64,000 nt of DNA. Source: Phoronis australis (lineage: Eukaryota; Animalia; Phoronida). Numbering within the stretch: the stretch's first letter is position 1; every line of letters starts with the position of its first letter. Where the stretch lies: contig NMRA01000134.1 of NCBI GenBank assembly GCA_002633005.1, positions 97,128 through 161,127 of the forward strand, written 5' to 3'. A program made the position numbers and the translations under genes. Shown here one piece after another: positions 51,601-63,694 of this stretch. Below the pieces are notes generated by a model. That model saw only the letters and a list, made by a program, of their open reading frames with translations, was not told the DNA's origin and did no database searches.

Positions 51601-54600
51601 ACTCATCTTTGGGGATGATGAAGACCATGCCTCGTCTCGATCACCTCGTAAACAGCCCAAGGCTATCCCAGCAGTGAGTAGTCAGGCTGCTATACACACC
51701 AGCTTTACCCAGTTTGTATCACAAATTTTGACAGTATCTGTATTTCCTAATATGAAAATACCAATTTCCTTCCATTTTTCAGTAATATTTATTGGGTAAA
51801 ATGCAGGAAACTGTGATTGTTTGTTTATTCCAATATGAGGTTGAATAGTTGTCTGCGATTATCTTAAGTTGCCTTTAATGATATTGATGTTGAGCAAATT
51901 TTTGCATGCCTGGATTATTAACAGGCCTTAAGGTTACATCATGGTTGGTTGTTTATTATGTTTTGCACATATTTACATGTGGGTGCATATTGTCATCACC
52001 TCTGTCTGGGTGTCCACTGTCTGCTGCTGTATCTCATGAACCACTTGCATGATCTTATTTTAATTTGGCAGGTGTGTTCCTATGAAGCTGATGAGGATGA
52101 GTTTCAGACTGATCCAACTATGCCGTTGTGCGTCTTAGTGGCAATTTTATTTATTTACATTTGCGTATCTCTTGAGTTCCGTGATGAATTTGCATGAACT
52201 TCGGCACATAGGTTTTTATTAAAGAGGCTATGATGTCATTTCATTTTGGGACGGATTTGACATATTTTACCCCACCTTGTGGCCATTTTTGTTATTTTTG
52301 CGTTCGTTTACTGGCGTCTGCCTCTCTAGCTGCCAAACCCGTTAAATGGTCATGAAAATTTGTAGGTATGTTCCCGGTGAGAAGGCCATGACTGATGTTG
52401 CTTTTCAGAAAAGTTTGATTACTATGTCACCCCCTAGTGGTGATTTTGTTTTTTTGCATCTGTGACCAAATCTTCTTAACCCTTTCAAGCAGTTTTGTGA
52501 AGTGTCAAGCATGAGTTTCTATGGAGCCGACGATAACTGGTAACAATTGTCGAATTGGGCCGTATATCACTGTACCCCCTAGTGGCAAAATGTTTTTTTT
52601 ATGTTTGCTTCTTTACCTTCTGAGTTAATTTATGTATTTTCATGAAATTCGACAAATACGTATATATTAAGAAGATGACAATGCCTTCCCATTTTTTGGA
52701 CAGATTTGATTTTTTGTGCCACCTGGTGGCCTTTTAAAAGCTTTTGCATACATTTTTTATGTCTGTCTCTCTATCTGTCAAACCACTCAAAGGATCATAA
52801 TAAAAATTGGCGGTTGCGTTCCTGGTATGAAGACCACGGATGGTGTTTATTTTCGGAGGTTTTGGACTATTCTTGCGTTCCTTGGGGCAATTCTGCTTTT
52901 TGGCGTCTACGGCTGTCTCCTTAACCCTTTGAATGATCTTTGTGAAATTTGGCAGATGTGCTCCAATGAAGATGAAAGCTGATGACGATGAATTTCAGTC
53001 CAATCAGATTATAACTTTTCATCCTAGTGTCAGTTTTATTTTTATGTTTGTCGGTATCTTTGGAGTTCCTTGGCTAATTTTCACGAAATTTTTCAAATAG
53101 TTGTGTTATAGAGATGACGCCACCTACTAGTACCCAATACAGACAGGTTTGACATATTCTGTGCCTTCTATTGGCCATTTTATGATACTGAAACCACCTT
53201 CAGAAGCACACCATTTGCGCTGCCGTCATGAGTGCATGTCGATGCTCTGTTACTGTCGCTATAATTTACTGCTTTCATCCAGACATAGTTTCAGTGAACA
53301 CAACTCTTTTGATTAGCTTCTCACTTAGTGTCACACTGTAATCTCTCCAAAAGCTCGCCCTCATTGCACTCTATCCAAGTTCTTATTACTCCAAAAGTTT
53401 ACCCTCATTGCACTCTATCCAAGTTTTTATTATTTCAAAAGCTTACCCTCATTGCACTCTATCCAAGTTTTTATTATTTCAAAAGCTTACCCTCATTGCA
53501 CTCTATCCAAGTTTTTATTATTTCAAAAGCTTACCCTCATTGCACTCTATCCAAGTTCTTATTACTCCAAAAGTTTACCCTCATTGCACTCTATCCAAGT
53601 TCTTATTCTTAATGTTGTTCTGCATAGTGAAACACGGTCAAGAAGACTTTCCATTATTTCTCATAGTTGTGATTAACCCAATCTCAGACCCCCTCGTTCT
53701 CATTTCGTCACTTTTCCTTCCCTCTGTCCACTCACCCTAAGTTTACAAGTCAATTCTACCATTTGGTCTCCCCCCACCTATATTTCTGCCGTTTGTTCTT
53801 CCCCACTTATATCTCTATCACATGTTCTCCTCCACCTATATTTCCTAGTTCTATTTGTGACTGTGGTGTATCCAGCCTACCTCTTACCTTCGCAGAAAGG
53901 TATTCTGAGCACGCCGGACAAGAAGGCAGCCCAGGCCATTGGGGTGCGGCTCAAAAACTTGCTAAAGTTACCCAAGGCACACAAATGGGTCTGTTATGAG
54001 TGGTTCTACTCCAACATTGACCAGTAAGTTAATGGCTACATCATGACACGCATCTCAGTGCGTTTTTTCATATTTCCTATCTAAAGTCATTGGTTCTGTC
54101 TTTGTTTTATGAACGATTCTCCTTTTGAATCGTATTAGAAAACTTGTAACTGTGATTCCCACAATATTCAGTCGTGGTTATGCTAACGAGAGTCATTATA
54201 GTAGTGGCAGTGTACATGCAGTAGTCATATGTTGGAGCAAAGCTAGATCTGCTGTAACTCTTCATATATTTACTATACAATGTCGTTTCTTCTGGAGCTA
54301 AATTGAAAATGGCTTATCACCTATTTAGTGCACATTGTGGCTGCCATGTGCAATTTTATTTTATGGAATTTCTACAACAAAATGTTGCAATAAGATGTAC
54401 TTGAAGAAATGTAGTGAGTCTTTGAAATTACAAAAATCTTGTTTTGGTGCTAGAAGTCAGTGTAATGGAAGTAGAAGTCAGCTGTTCTGCTCTGCCATCT
54501 CGGCCACTTTTCCTTGGGTCATCTAAAGCTTAGCCTTATATTACTAACTATGAATTGTGTAGCTAAACTCCTTGGCTGCAGTGTTGTTGAAGTCAGTTGC

Positions 54601-57600
54601 CACTTACTCACTTGGGTTGCATACTCTTAAGAATTGATGTGGTTAAAATGAATAAAAAAACTACTGGACTGTTTCTTGAGCACAGGTCGCTGTTTGAGGG
54701 TGAGAATGACTTCTGCATTTGTCTTCGTGAAACCTTTCCCCAGCTGAAGACAAGGAAGTTGACACGCGTAGAGTGGTGTAAGATCCGCCGTCTCATGGGC
54801 AAACCCCGCAGGTTAGTGGCACGGCTGTTAATGCTGTATTAGGAAAAGTTGGATGTCTTTTTAAATAATTGTTGACTTTGAAAAAGAGGGAATATTGGCT
54901 TGCTGTGACCGGCCAGACCATGAGGCAGGTAACACTCCCTGGTCGCACTGTAACCAGTCAGACCATGAGGCAGGTAACACTCCCTGGTCGGGCTGTAACA
55001 GTGAATTACTGGACTTATCCATAATTAGTTTGTCTATCTCTACAGAATTGGTGTAATGTGTAGACCATGGCTGGGAATATTGTCCCGTTTAGGGATTGGG
55101 ATTAGGAATGAGTGATTGTACAACTGTATAGTTAGCACGGTGAACAAGCTAAAGGTTGTGTGTTCAGTCATAAGTTGTACCAGTCATGTTGCCATGTTCT
55201 TGAGCCAAATACTTTGCAGTCATTTTAAGCAGACCCTTTCCAAAGCTGATGTCCCACGAACTAATCTCACACTAGAAAATGTGGGATTAATAATACATCC
55301 AAGAAGTATATGGTTGGTTGTGAAGTATTCCTTAAGCACTGCTTATCTTTTCAGGTGTTCTGCAGCGTTTTTCACAGAAGAGCGCCAGGCTCTGGAGAAG
55401 AGACGCACAAAGATCCGGCTTCTACAACAGCGTAAAGCCACAGAGATTGATGACTTCAAAGACCTGCCTGATGAGATACCACTCCCTCTGGTGATTGGCA
55501 CCAAAGTTACAGGTAGGTCATAGTGCCCTCTGGTGATTGGCACCAAAGTTACAGGTATGTCATAGTTCCCTCTGGTGACGGACATTAACGTAACAGGTAA
55601 ATCATGGCTCCCTTTGGTGGTTGGCACCAAAGTTACAGGTCGACCGTAGATCCCTTTGGTGATTAGCACAAAGTTACAGGTGGATCATAGCTCCCTCTGG
55701 TTATTGGCACTAAAGGTACAAGTGGGTCATTGCACCTCCTGCTTCCTGTGACATCGAGTGTATTTGGCATTTATTAGGAAGTTTTTAGAAAAATAGCATG
55801 TTTTTCTCAACTGGAAGTCCTCCTTTTTCTTGTGAAATACGCCATCTATTCTATGAAGACATTGTTATAAACTTTAAATATGAACAAGGAGTGTAGTACA
55901 ATAGGTGAGTTCATTTGTGAGTTCGCTGTTATTGTTACTACTGCCACCTAGTGGTGAATAAGCAATGGTCAAGTAGGAAGCGCAAGAACAATGGGGAAGG
56001 GTGCATTTTGCAGTGCGATAAATTGCACTTAGTTTGTCTAATTCATCCACGAAAACCCCAGAATGTCATTTTTTATGTTTCCTTAGGATTCAGAAAGGTA
56101 AGGATTATTTGTTATTCAATAATATGATACATTGTCTTTCATTTTGTGTCTTCTGTTCACGATTGGAAGACAAGTCGATCGCAGTCCCAGTGCCGCTGTC
56201 GTCTGCAGTGAAGGCTACTGCACAGGCTTTGCTCTGCCTTCTGCAGATACTTTGTTGTCAATGTACGTCTACTAAAATTATATGTGAGGGAGCATCAGAA
56301 TGGAATACAGTGTTTTGGTAGTGATGAATTGTCCTTAGGGTCATGCACAAAACGAGGGCCAAATCTTATCACCACCTCAGCACATGATGTCAGTGGTCAG
56401 GGAAACAACCAAAATTTGTGATGATGGGAGGGGCTCAACAGTCATTGGTTTTTATCTGTTAAGCACTCCTGCCATGTACCTCCCCCCTGGGAGGGGGTCA
56501 ACATGTGCCCATTTGGCACCCACCTGGTTTGCACTCTTCTCTTGTACCCCTTTGCTGGCACCTGTGGTAACTCGATCCCCCCTGAACCCCCAAGAGCAAT
56601 CACTAAAATTATGTAGTCCATGGAGGTATGAAATGCTATAAGGAATGATAATTTGCCTTATTAAGAACTCAAACATGAAACAAAACCTTGATGACTTTTG
56701 AAGGGAGCTTCAAGTGATTGAAAGCAAATGCACTTTAATGTTGATTAAAACACACATTTTCATTTTCATTCGATTATAAGTGGATGTTAGTTTACGTATT
56801 TTACCCATTTTCAATCACACAGTAATTTTGTTGCAGGTCGAACGTCATTAAAGTATGAATTTATCAGTGTTTATATGGTTCGGACTCCGCCGCTAAATTA
56901 GTGTTGCTTATTCATTGCTTGGGTCGCTAGTTTTTCTACCGATAACCATTACGACGAATGTCACGATGGCGGAGTGAACTCTCCCATTTTATGTACACTC
57001 CTTGGTATGACCACCCAAGAAGCTCAAGTATTCCGCTGCTGACTTTACATTTCCTCCCTACACAGACAGGCGCACATAAGTTGGCTCAAATTTCTGATGC
57101 AGTCTGCTGTATGTATTTGGCATGGGTAGTCTCTTCAGTGTTAATACAGATTTAATTCAAAACCCTACACAAGAGTAATGTACTACAAGAGGGGATAAAA
57201 GTAAAAATTCATAACAGTAGACATACGAAACTAAAAGAATAACAAGCTTTAAGTCATGACTAACGGAGATATTTGTCTATGACGTACAGTGAAGCCAATA
57301 AACCAAACATATAGATATTTTGTTGTACAGTACTGTTTTCTGTTGTCTGTCTTAGCTCGCCTTAGGAAACCTCAAGATGGCCTGTTCACTGGCGTCATTG
57401 ATGCTCTGGATACTGTCAATGACACATATCGTATCACGTTTGACCGGCCTGGGCTGGGCACGCACTCTATACCTGACTATGAAGTCTTGGTGAGTTCTGT
57501 GTGTATGTGAGAGCAGCTGTGTATTTTGTGTGTTATTGACATGGGGAGGGAGGGAGGGGAGGGGCGGTGTGTCTAGCTTGGTTTTAACACATATTACTCA

Positions 57601-60600
57601 TTGAATTTATTTACAGTGACTACAAAGTTTCTTTCAGGTTTAGGTTTGGTTGCTTTGTGAACTCATAACAGCACTGATTTTGTTGAATGCTGCATGCAAA
57701 GTGAACTCTATGTACTCGTGATTAAGGAGTTTGTGTATTTTGTTTCAAAAAAGACTGATACTTGTGTTTTCGAGATGTGGGAGACACAGTTGTGCAGATT
57801 AGGTTTCACAAATTTCCAAATCAGTCCCAAGAAACAATTGTCGATGAAATACCAGTTGGTTACTGTATTAAACTGGGCTCAGTTCATTTTCAATTGATCA
57901 TCTGCCTCTTTCTGTTTCAGAGTAATGATGTACAAGACAGCATCGCTCTGTCTGCATTTCGCCGCAAGCCTCGACCACAGACTTTCACTCCACCAAAGTT
58001 TTTCCCCAGTCTTAACTCACCACAGTTGGTTAGTACTTTGCTGTGAAGTTTGCAGCGCCAGTAATTGTGCTTTGTGTTCTGAAAAATTATCCCAACATAA
58101 CCAGAAGATATGAATATCTAAACTGAGGTCACAACTGAATAGAAGGTTGTTGTTGTTGTTGTAATCTATGTTTAATGAAGATAAGTTGTAGTGTGTTTTT
58201 AGTGTCCCATCAACAAGTCCTTCAGATCATTGCCTCTATTGTATTCAGAACAACACTGATATTCTGAAGTCAAATGTTTTGCCATGCAATGATATTGAAT
58301 AAAGATACAGTGTTGCATCACCTGCCCTGTTCAAACTGTGTTTCAGGAGAATGATCCACTTATGGGGTACTCACCCCAAAAGGGCGCCTTTGATGGACTG
58401 GAGGAAGGGACGTATGGTGGCTTCAAGATTGAGTTCTTGCGTCTTGTGGTGAGTGTTGGCAGTGTGGTCTGATAGCAATGCATGTGTTTACACACGTGTA
58501 ACTTGTGTGTGAGTATTCGAGCACGCACACGCAAATGCTCTAATCTTTTTCATTGGGGCAAAACTCATATGAGGAGATTACTTTGAGACAGAAGTTGTAG
58601 GTGTGCTAGGTACAGTGTGTGTTGTGATCTCTTACGATGTTCTGGATGGCTGTTCTCAATTTGGTAGTTCATCTCCATTAATAGTTAGGGCTGTTCCAGT
58701 AAAATCTGTATGGGAGGGGGGGAAGGCACCTTTTTTTGCACCCACCACCCATATTTTTCATTTATTTGTTCAGCCTACCACCCGTAATTTTTTATAAGTT
58801 TGAAATGCAACCACCCGTAATTTTTTTTGTTCTTGTGGTTGACTGCACAGGCGCTTGAGTTTATCTGTTCCTCCATCACCACTAACGTCATTCATTACTA
58901 AGAAAACATATGTTTCTTATATATGGTTATTAGCCATNTACACACGTGTAACTTGTGTGTGAGTATTCGAGCACGCACACGCAAATGCTCTAATCTTTTT
59001 CATTGGGGCAAAACTCATATGAGGAGATTACTTTGAGACAGAAGTTGTAGGTGTGCTAGGTACAGTGTGTGTGGTGATCTCTTACGATGTTCTGGATGGC
59101 TGTTCTCAATTTGGTAGTTCATCTCCATTAATAGTTATTAGATGGCTAAAATTTGTGTTGTTCTGTGTTATGTGGTACTGGTCACTGTTCCTCGACCATT
59201 GCTGTTGCCTATACTTTTACAGACCAAGCTGTCTAAAATCCTGACCATCAAGAAAGATCTTATCAAACAGTTGAAGGAACTCAACACACAGGCTGAGAAG
59301 GCGGTAAGAACAGTCTTCACATCCATGTATAATTGTTAAAGAAACGTTAATTCCTTTTCACCCAAAACCTATAATACTATCTTCCAGGTTATTCAAGCAC
59401 ATAGTGTGGGTTCTCAAATGTTTCCATCTCGTGACAGGAAATGTTTCCAGTCTCATGTCAGATTGTTTAGGATCTGGAAAGTAAAAAGGGTTTTAAAAGG
59501 GCCACCAGCTTGAAAGGGTTGCTAGACCCTTCCAGAACTGTGAAATTGCTGGCAATTTTAGCTGCCCGTGGGCATCAACCCATGTTAAGTTAGTTGGAGA
59601 CCATGATTTTTAGGTCTAGATTGCAAGTGGGAAGGAAATGAGCCATACATTCTCCATCATCCAGTACAGTGACACCTTGTGGTCAATTTGAAAACCAGCT
59701 CCTGACGTGCTTTATGTTGCATTTTGTTTGTCATTGATGTCTATCTGGTTCTGTTTATACATTCTTCCCTAGTTGCAATAGGATTTCTTCTATCAAATAA
59801 TTTTTTTATAATCAACAGTGTAAAAACAGACTGATGTAGTCTCTGTGGAGGTAGTAGAAGACCACTGCAGTTGAAATAGTTGTGCCACTTGTTGGTCAGG
59901 TTTTTCTGCGGATGTGTGAAAATGAGTCCACAGATGTTCATACCTGATAGAGTTAATGTGATCAACGAAATGATGCGCCCATATTGCCCACAGGTCTGTC
60001 AAATGTGCCTCATTCTAGTAAATGTGGAGACTGGCCGGGGCAGAAAACAAAGCAATGTAGGATTTTAAAATCTGACTGTTTCACTGTTAAGAAACAATCC
60101 AAATGTGAAAGCCACGGATGAAGGCTAATTTTTCTCATTAACTAGTGGGGATATTCTGCAGCCTTGTTTTACAATGCCTCTCCGTTTTTTCTTAATGAGC
60201 CCAATTTAATTTTTGTAAATTTGCACATTGTGAAGTGATGCCATGTGTTGTCTGTGTTATGCAGCAGTCTTACCAGGAAGCCATGACTGAGGACTTTCAG
60301 AAGAAGTACGCCAACGTTGTCCTGGAGCTGTGCAGGCTTAACGAGGACCTCAATAGTTCACTGCATGGTGTTCAGGAGCACTGCAAAGAGGTGAGTGACC
60401 TGGGGTGACCTTTGACATGCTCACTTTGTGTTTTCTTCAAGAAAAAATCGATATTGTTGTTCTGTGCAGTACCAATCCAGCATGGCCAACTTCAACTCTA
60501 TATTTCAAAGTTTGGTAATGGAGCTGTCATAGACCTGCTTGAGCAGTAGTTCTACTGGAACTTAACATTTGCTGAGTTTTCTTTCTGTAAAGAGTATAGG

Positions 60601-63524
60601 GCCATTGGTGGAGCTCACCCTGTCCCACAACATGGCTCACCTCATCTATGTCTTCTTCTGTCTCCACAGCTGGCCCCTGATCAAGGCATACAGAGCATCG
60701 ATGATTCATCAGAGATCAAGTCGCAGTGTGAGGATGAAGCGAACCAATTAACAGCCAAGTTCAATGTGTCTCAGGTAATGCTTTGTCGCAGCTGTTGATT
60801 GCCATCTTAAGCTTTTGCATTCATTTCTTAAAAAGTTTGTCTTTTTGTACCTCGAACATCTAGTCAAAATACTTTTTAGTGCTACTGCTTTGCCAAATGA
60901 TTTCTGAATGGGTCAGCAATGTATATTGGGCCAAATACAGTGAATATGTATTAGGGCTGTTCCAGTAAAATCTGTATGGGAGGGGGGGAAGGCACCTTTT
61001 TTTCGCACCCACCACCCATATTTTTCATTTATTTCTTCAGCCTACCACCCGTAATTTTTTATAAGTTTGAATTGCAACCACCCGTAATTTTTTTTTTTGT
61101 TCTTGTGGTTGACTGCACAGGCGCTTGAGTTTATCTGTTCCTCCATCACCACTAACGTCATTCATTACTAATAAAACATAATATGTTTCTTATATATGGT
61201 TATTAGCCATCGAGAAATTCGAGCACCTGTAGTTAACTGGTGTTATGGGCATGCCGATGAGGAGATCGGAGGGAGTGAAAAAGTCGGAGCTTTCTGCAAG
61301 TTGCATTTTTGTTTCAGTTTTTAATTCTGTGCGGATTCTTTTTAAATTTACTAAAATTACCCACCATCAAACATTTATGGCCCAATGAAACAACAACGAC
61401 CTGTAAATTTTTATTTTTTTGAAGTACAACCACCAGCCATTTTGAATTTAAATCAAACGCAACCACCCATAAATTTTTATTTCAGTTGCCTTCCCCCCCT
61501 CCCACACAGATTTTGCTGGAACAGCCCTTAATAGGTTGTTGAGAATTTTGTTTCAATTTTTGAATGATTTGTTTCATTCAGTTGTCAACAGGTGCTTGTT
61601 GGGGAAACAAAAAGAAGTTTGTACAAATGAACGCTTTGAGAACAGATTTTGTTCACTGTTGGTGTTAGTCAAGTTTTAGTTGGTGTCTAAGAAATTGTTG
61701 TTTGTTTAGAACTAAGAAGTATTGACAGATGAGAAGTGTCTGATAGCTTCTAGCGCCCTCTAGATGTGAAGGGTTCCAACATTTCTGTAGAAATTTGTTA
61801 GGCCACAAAATGAATGGTTGCGTTTCCTACCCATTTCAGCCAAGGTCTCATTTCTTTTTTGAAAAGCTGCATGTAGATGGAAAAGCATGATTCTAAACTC
61901 CATGATTTGCCAAACATCGAATAAAAAAATCCTGCATCAGTTTTGCTCATCTCAGGTGGATAGATTTATTTGAAATAGTGATCAACTAAAATGCTGTACC
62001 ACTGACCAGATTTTCAAAACCAACCAAACATTACCTGAACCAACTATGCTGTTTGGGCTTAAGGATCTCTCTGTACATCACAGAAAGGTTTTTCATCAAG
62101 TTTAATGTGCCGTCCTATGCCACCTGTTGCCAACTTGAATGTTTCCTAACTTGCACACAATGTGGCCACAATTTTTTCATAGTTCAAAAGTTACTAAGAA
62201 TAGAGCTGAATGTTGACCAGTGATGTTTCAGTAACAGCTGTACTGTAAATACCCTGATAGAAGAGAAGCTTTTCTGTTTACCTTACTTTCAAAATTTCAT
62301 GAAATAACTCGATTTCCATTTTTTGCTATATTTAAAAAACTACTGTCCTTTCTCCTACCTTCTATTGTCCCATCTAAACAACCTCTATTGCTCTGTTCAT
62401 TGTCATCTTTTTTGTCCATTCACTGAATATTCTCACCCTAACTGTATTGTTTCATCTGCACTGATTTTCATGCCTGCTGTACAATGCATGACTGGTTCCC
62501 CACAGGGCAGTCTACAGGTGAAGAATGGTAAGCTACTGAAGATGATCTCCAAGCTGACCTCGCTGATGCTTCAGGTCAAGGTACAAGAACACTTCTCACA
62601 TCATATGATCTGCTTTTTCAAGATGGGCTATCAAACTTATCCAAACTCGACTTAAGGGTTTGACAAATCACTTTGTGGAAAATTTCAAGGTGTGGCACTC
62701 AATTGGTCGATTTAGTGGACTCTAGTCACAATTCTCACACGTTTATGTTGTGTGGTGATGACCCTCAGTTTGTGCTGCACGTTATCAAACTGGGTTTAAA
62801 AAACAAGAATGTTTGTGGTTTGATGTCTTTTGCGGTGTGTCAGTCGTCTGCTGGCCACATAACACTAGAGCCCAGGTTCATCATGAAAGAACTTATCAAC
62901 TCTGCCTATATGTTTTTAGACACTGGGCAAGCTTTTCCATCTGTTGCCATGCACTAAATGTTTTAGGCACACAATGATGCCATCCAAGTCCTTGCTCCTT
63001 GGCCTAAGTAAAGATGGACAACATATGGCTACTGCACTGGGCAGACATCAGCATTGAATTGAAAGTAAAAACATGTTGTTAAAGGGACCACTCTGTGCCT
63101 TTGTTTGGAGGGTCAGCCTGCATATCTAAGTTAAATGGCATAATTTAACAACGAATCATGAGTCATAACAAATTGAAACCAGCTGGTTCCCACTTCATAT
63201 CTCTGTTGCTGAATAGGCCTGTTACTGTAGAGGAGTGAGACTGAGTAGTTGTGCTTGCCTAGATGTTTGTTGTTGCCATCGACCACTGCTGTAAATTTTG
63301 TCTTCATAAATTTGGCGTGTATTTACTGATCAAATAGATTTCAGAAAGTGTTTTCGAATTCTTGTGTTATCATGTGCTTTATGTTTTGTAACCATGTTGA
63401 AATTATGATCTCTGTCTGTTTGTTTACAGAGTTTCTCAGAGAATGATTTCCAATCATTTGAGTTCAAGTCCCTACAAACATCACTGAAGGAAATCAAAGA
63501 TGAGCTACACCACAGTAACATAAA
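45607..63524 (+). CDS. LIN9: LIN-9 homologue (MuvB/DREAM subunit, DIRP domain); final exon beyond the window end
   Basis: Exons 45607-45637, 50452-50487, 51098-51141, 51575-51673, 53896-54023, 54686-54811, 55355-55512, 57356-57489, 57921-58028, 58347-58448, 59223-59303, 60265-60390, 60670-60774, 62506-62580, 63430-63524, all phase-consistent. Peptides SSAEALVSLKEG, LKLPKAHKWVCYEWFYSNID, LKTRKLTRVEWCKIRRLMGKPRRCS, DLPDEIPLPLVIGTKVTARL, YRITFDRPGLGTHSIPDYEVL, ELAPDQG, SFEFKSL. The first and third exons are less certain. Confidence 0.96.
46203..47588. mobile_element. Non-autonomous hAT-like element (about 1.39 kb) with 5-bp TSD in LIN9 intron 1
   Basis: TIR CAGGGCTCGACA / TGTCAAGCCCTG; CCGTT duplicated at 46198-46202 and 47589-47593; subterminal ATGCGA motifs. 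Confidence 0.75.
48301..48462. mobile_element. Small MITE with 5-bp TSD
   Basis: CAGGGGCGGATCCAGG...AAATTCACCACTG; ATTGC duplicated at 48296-48300 and 48463-48467. Confidence 0.65.
52090..53235 (-). mobile_element. Reverse-orientation degenerate copy of the Helentron/DINE-1-like family in a LIN9 intron (boundaries approximate)
   Basis: CCCCTAGTGG, GTGGCCATTTT and CATGAAATTT subunits, the reverse complement of those in 32218-33301. Confidence 0.6.
53348..53608. repeat. 44-bp minisatellite, about 6 copies
   Basis: Unit CCCTCATTGCACTCTATCCAAGTTTTTATTATTTCAAAAGCTTA. Confidence 0.95.
54903..54999. repeat. 45-bp tandem duplication
   Basis: CAGACCATGAGGCAGGTAACACTCCCTGGTCG at 54914 and 54959. Confidence 0.9.
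55484..55730 (+). repeat. 42-bp minisatellite formed from the end of LIN9 exon 7 plus its donor site, 6 copies
   Basis: Unit CCCTCTGGTGATTGGCACCAAAGTTACAG|GTAGGTCATAGTG; GT at 55513, 55555, 55597, 55639, 55680, 55722. Confidence 0.95.
58489..59137. repeat. About 200-bp duplication across a single-N join (probable allelic overlap)
   Basis: 58489-58687 recurs at 58939-59137 after N58938. Confidence 0.9.
58688..58937. mobile_element. PIF/Harbinger-like MITE, 5' part, truncated by the contig join
   Basis: Near-identical to 60954-61210; preceded by TTA. Confidence 0.85.
60954..61527. mobile_element. PIF/Harbinger-like MITE, 574 bp
   Basis: About 40-bp TIR GGGCTGTTCCAG(T/C)AAAATCTGT(A/G)TGGGAGGGGGGGAAGGCA; TTA TSD at 60951-60953 and 61528-61530. 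Confidence 0.9.
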
Positions 63525-63582
63525 GTAAGGCTTGCTTTTGGTGAGGTGTAATGTTGAGTGAGGTACGCTGTAACATAAAGTA

Positions 63583-63672
63583 AGGGAGGACGGGAAGGAA
63601 AGAGAGGGAGGGAGGGAGGGAAACAGGGAGGGAGGGAAGGAGGGAGGGAAGGAGAGAGGGAGGGAGGGAGAG
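63583..63672 (+). repeat. Polypurine (GGGA)n-like tract
   Basis: About 90 bp almost entirely G/A with multiple GGG runs. Confidence 0.9.
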
Positions 63673-63694
63673 TCTATCTGGTTATGTATATATC

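Noticed and set aside
53328-53740. Overlapping ORFs with repeated peptides
   Set aside because: Artefacts of the 44-bp minisatellite
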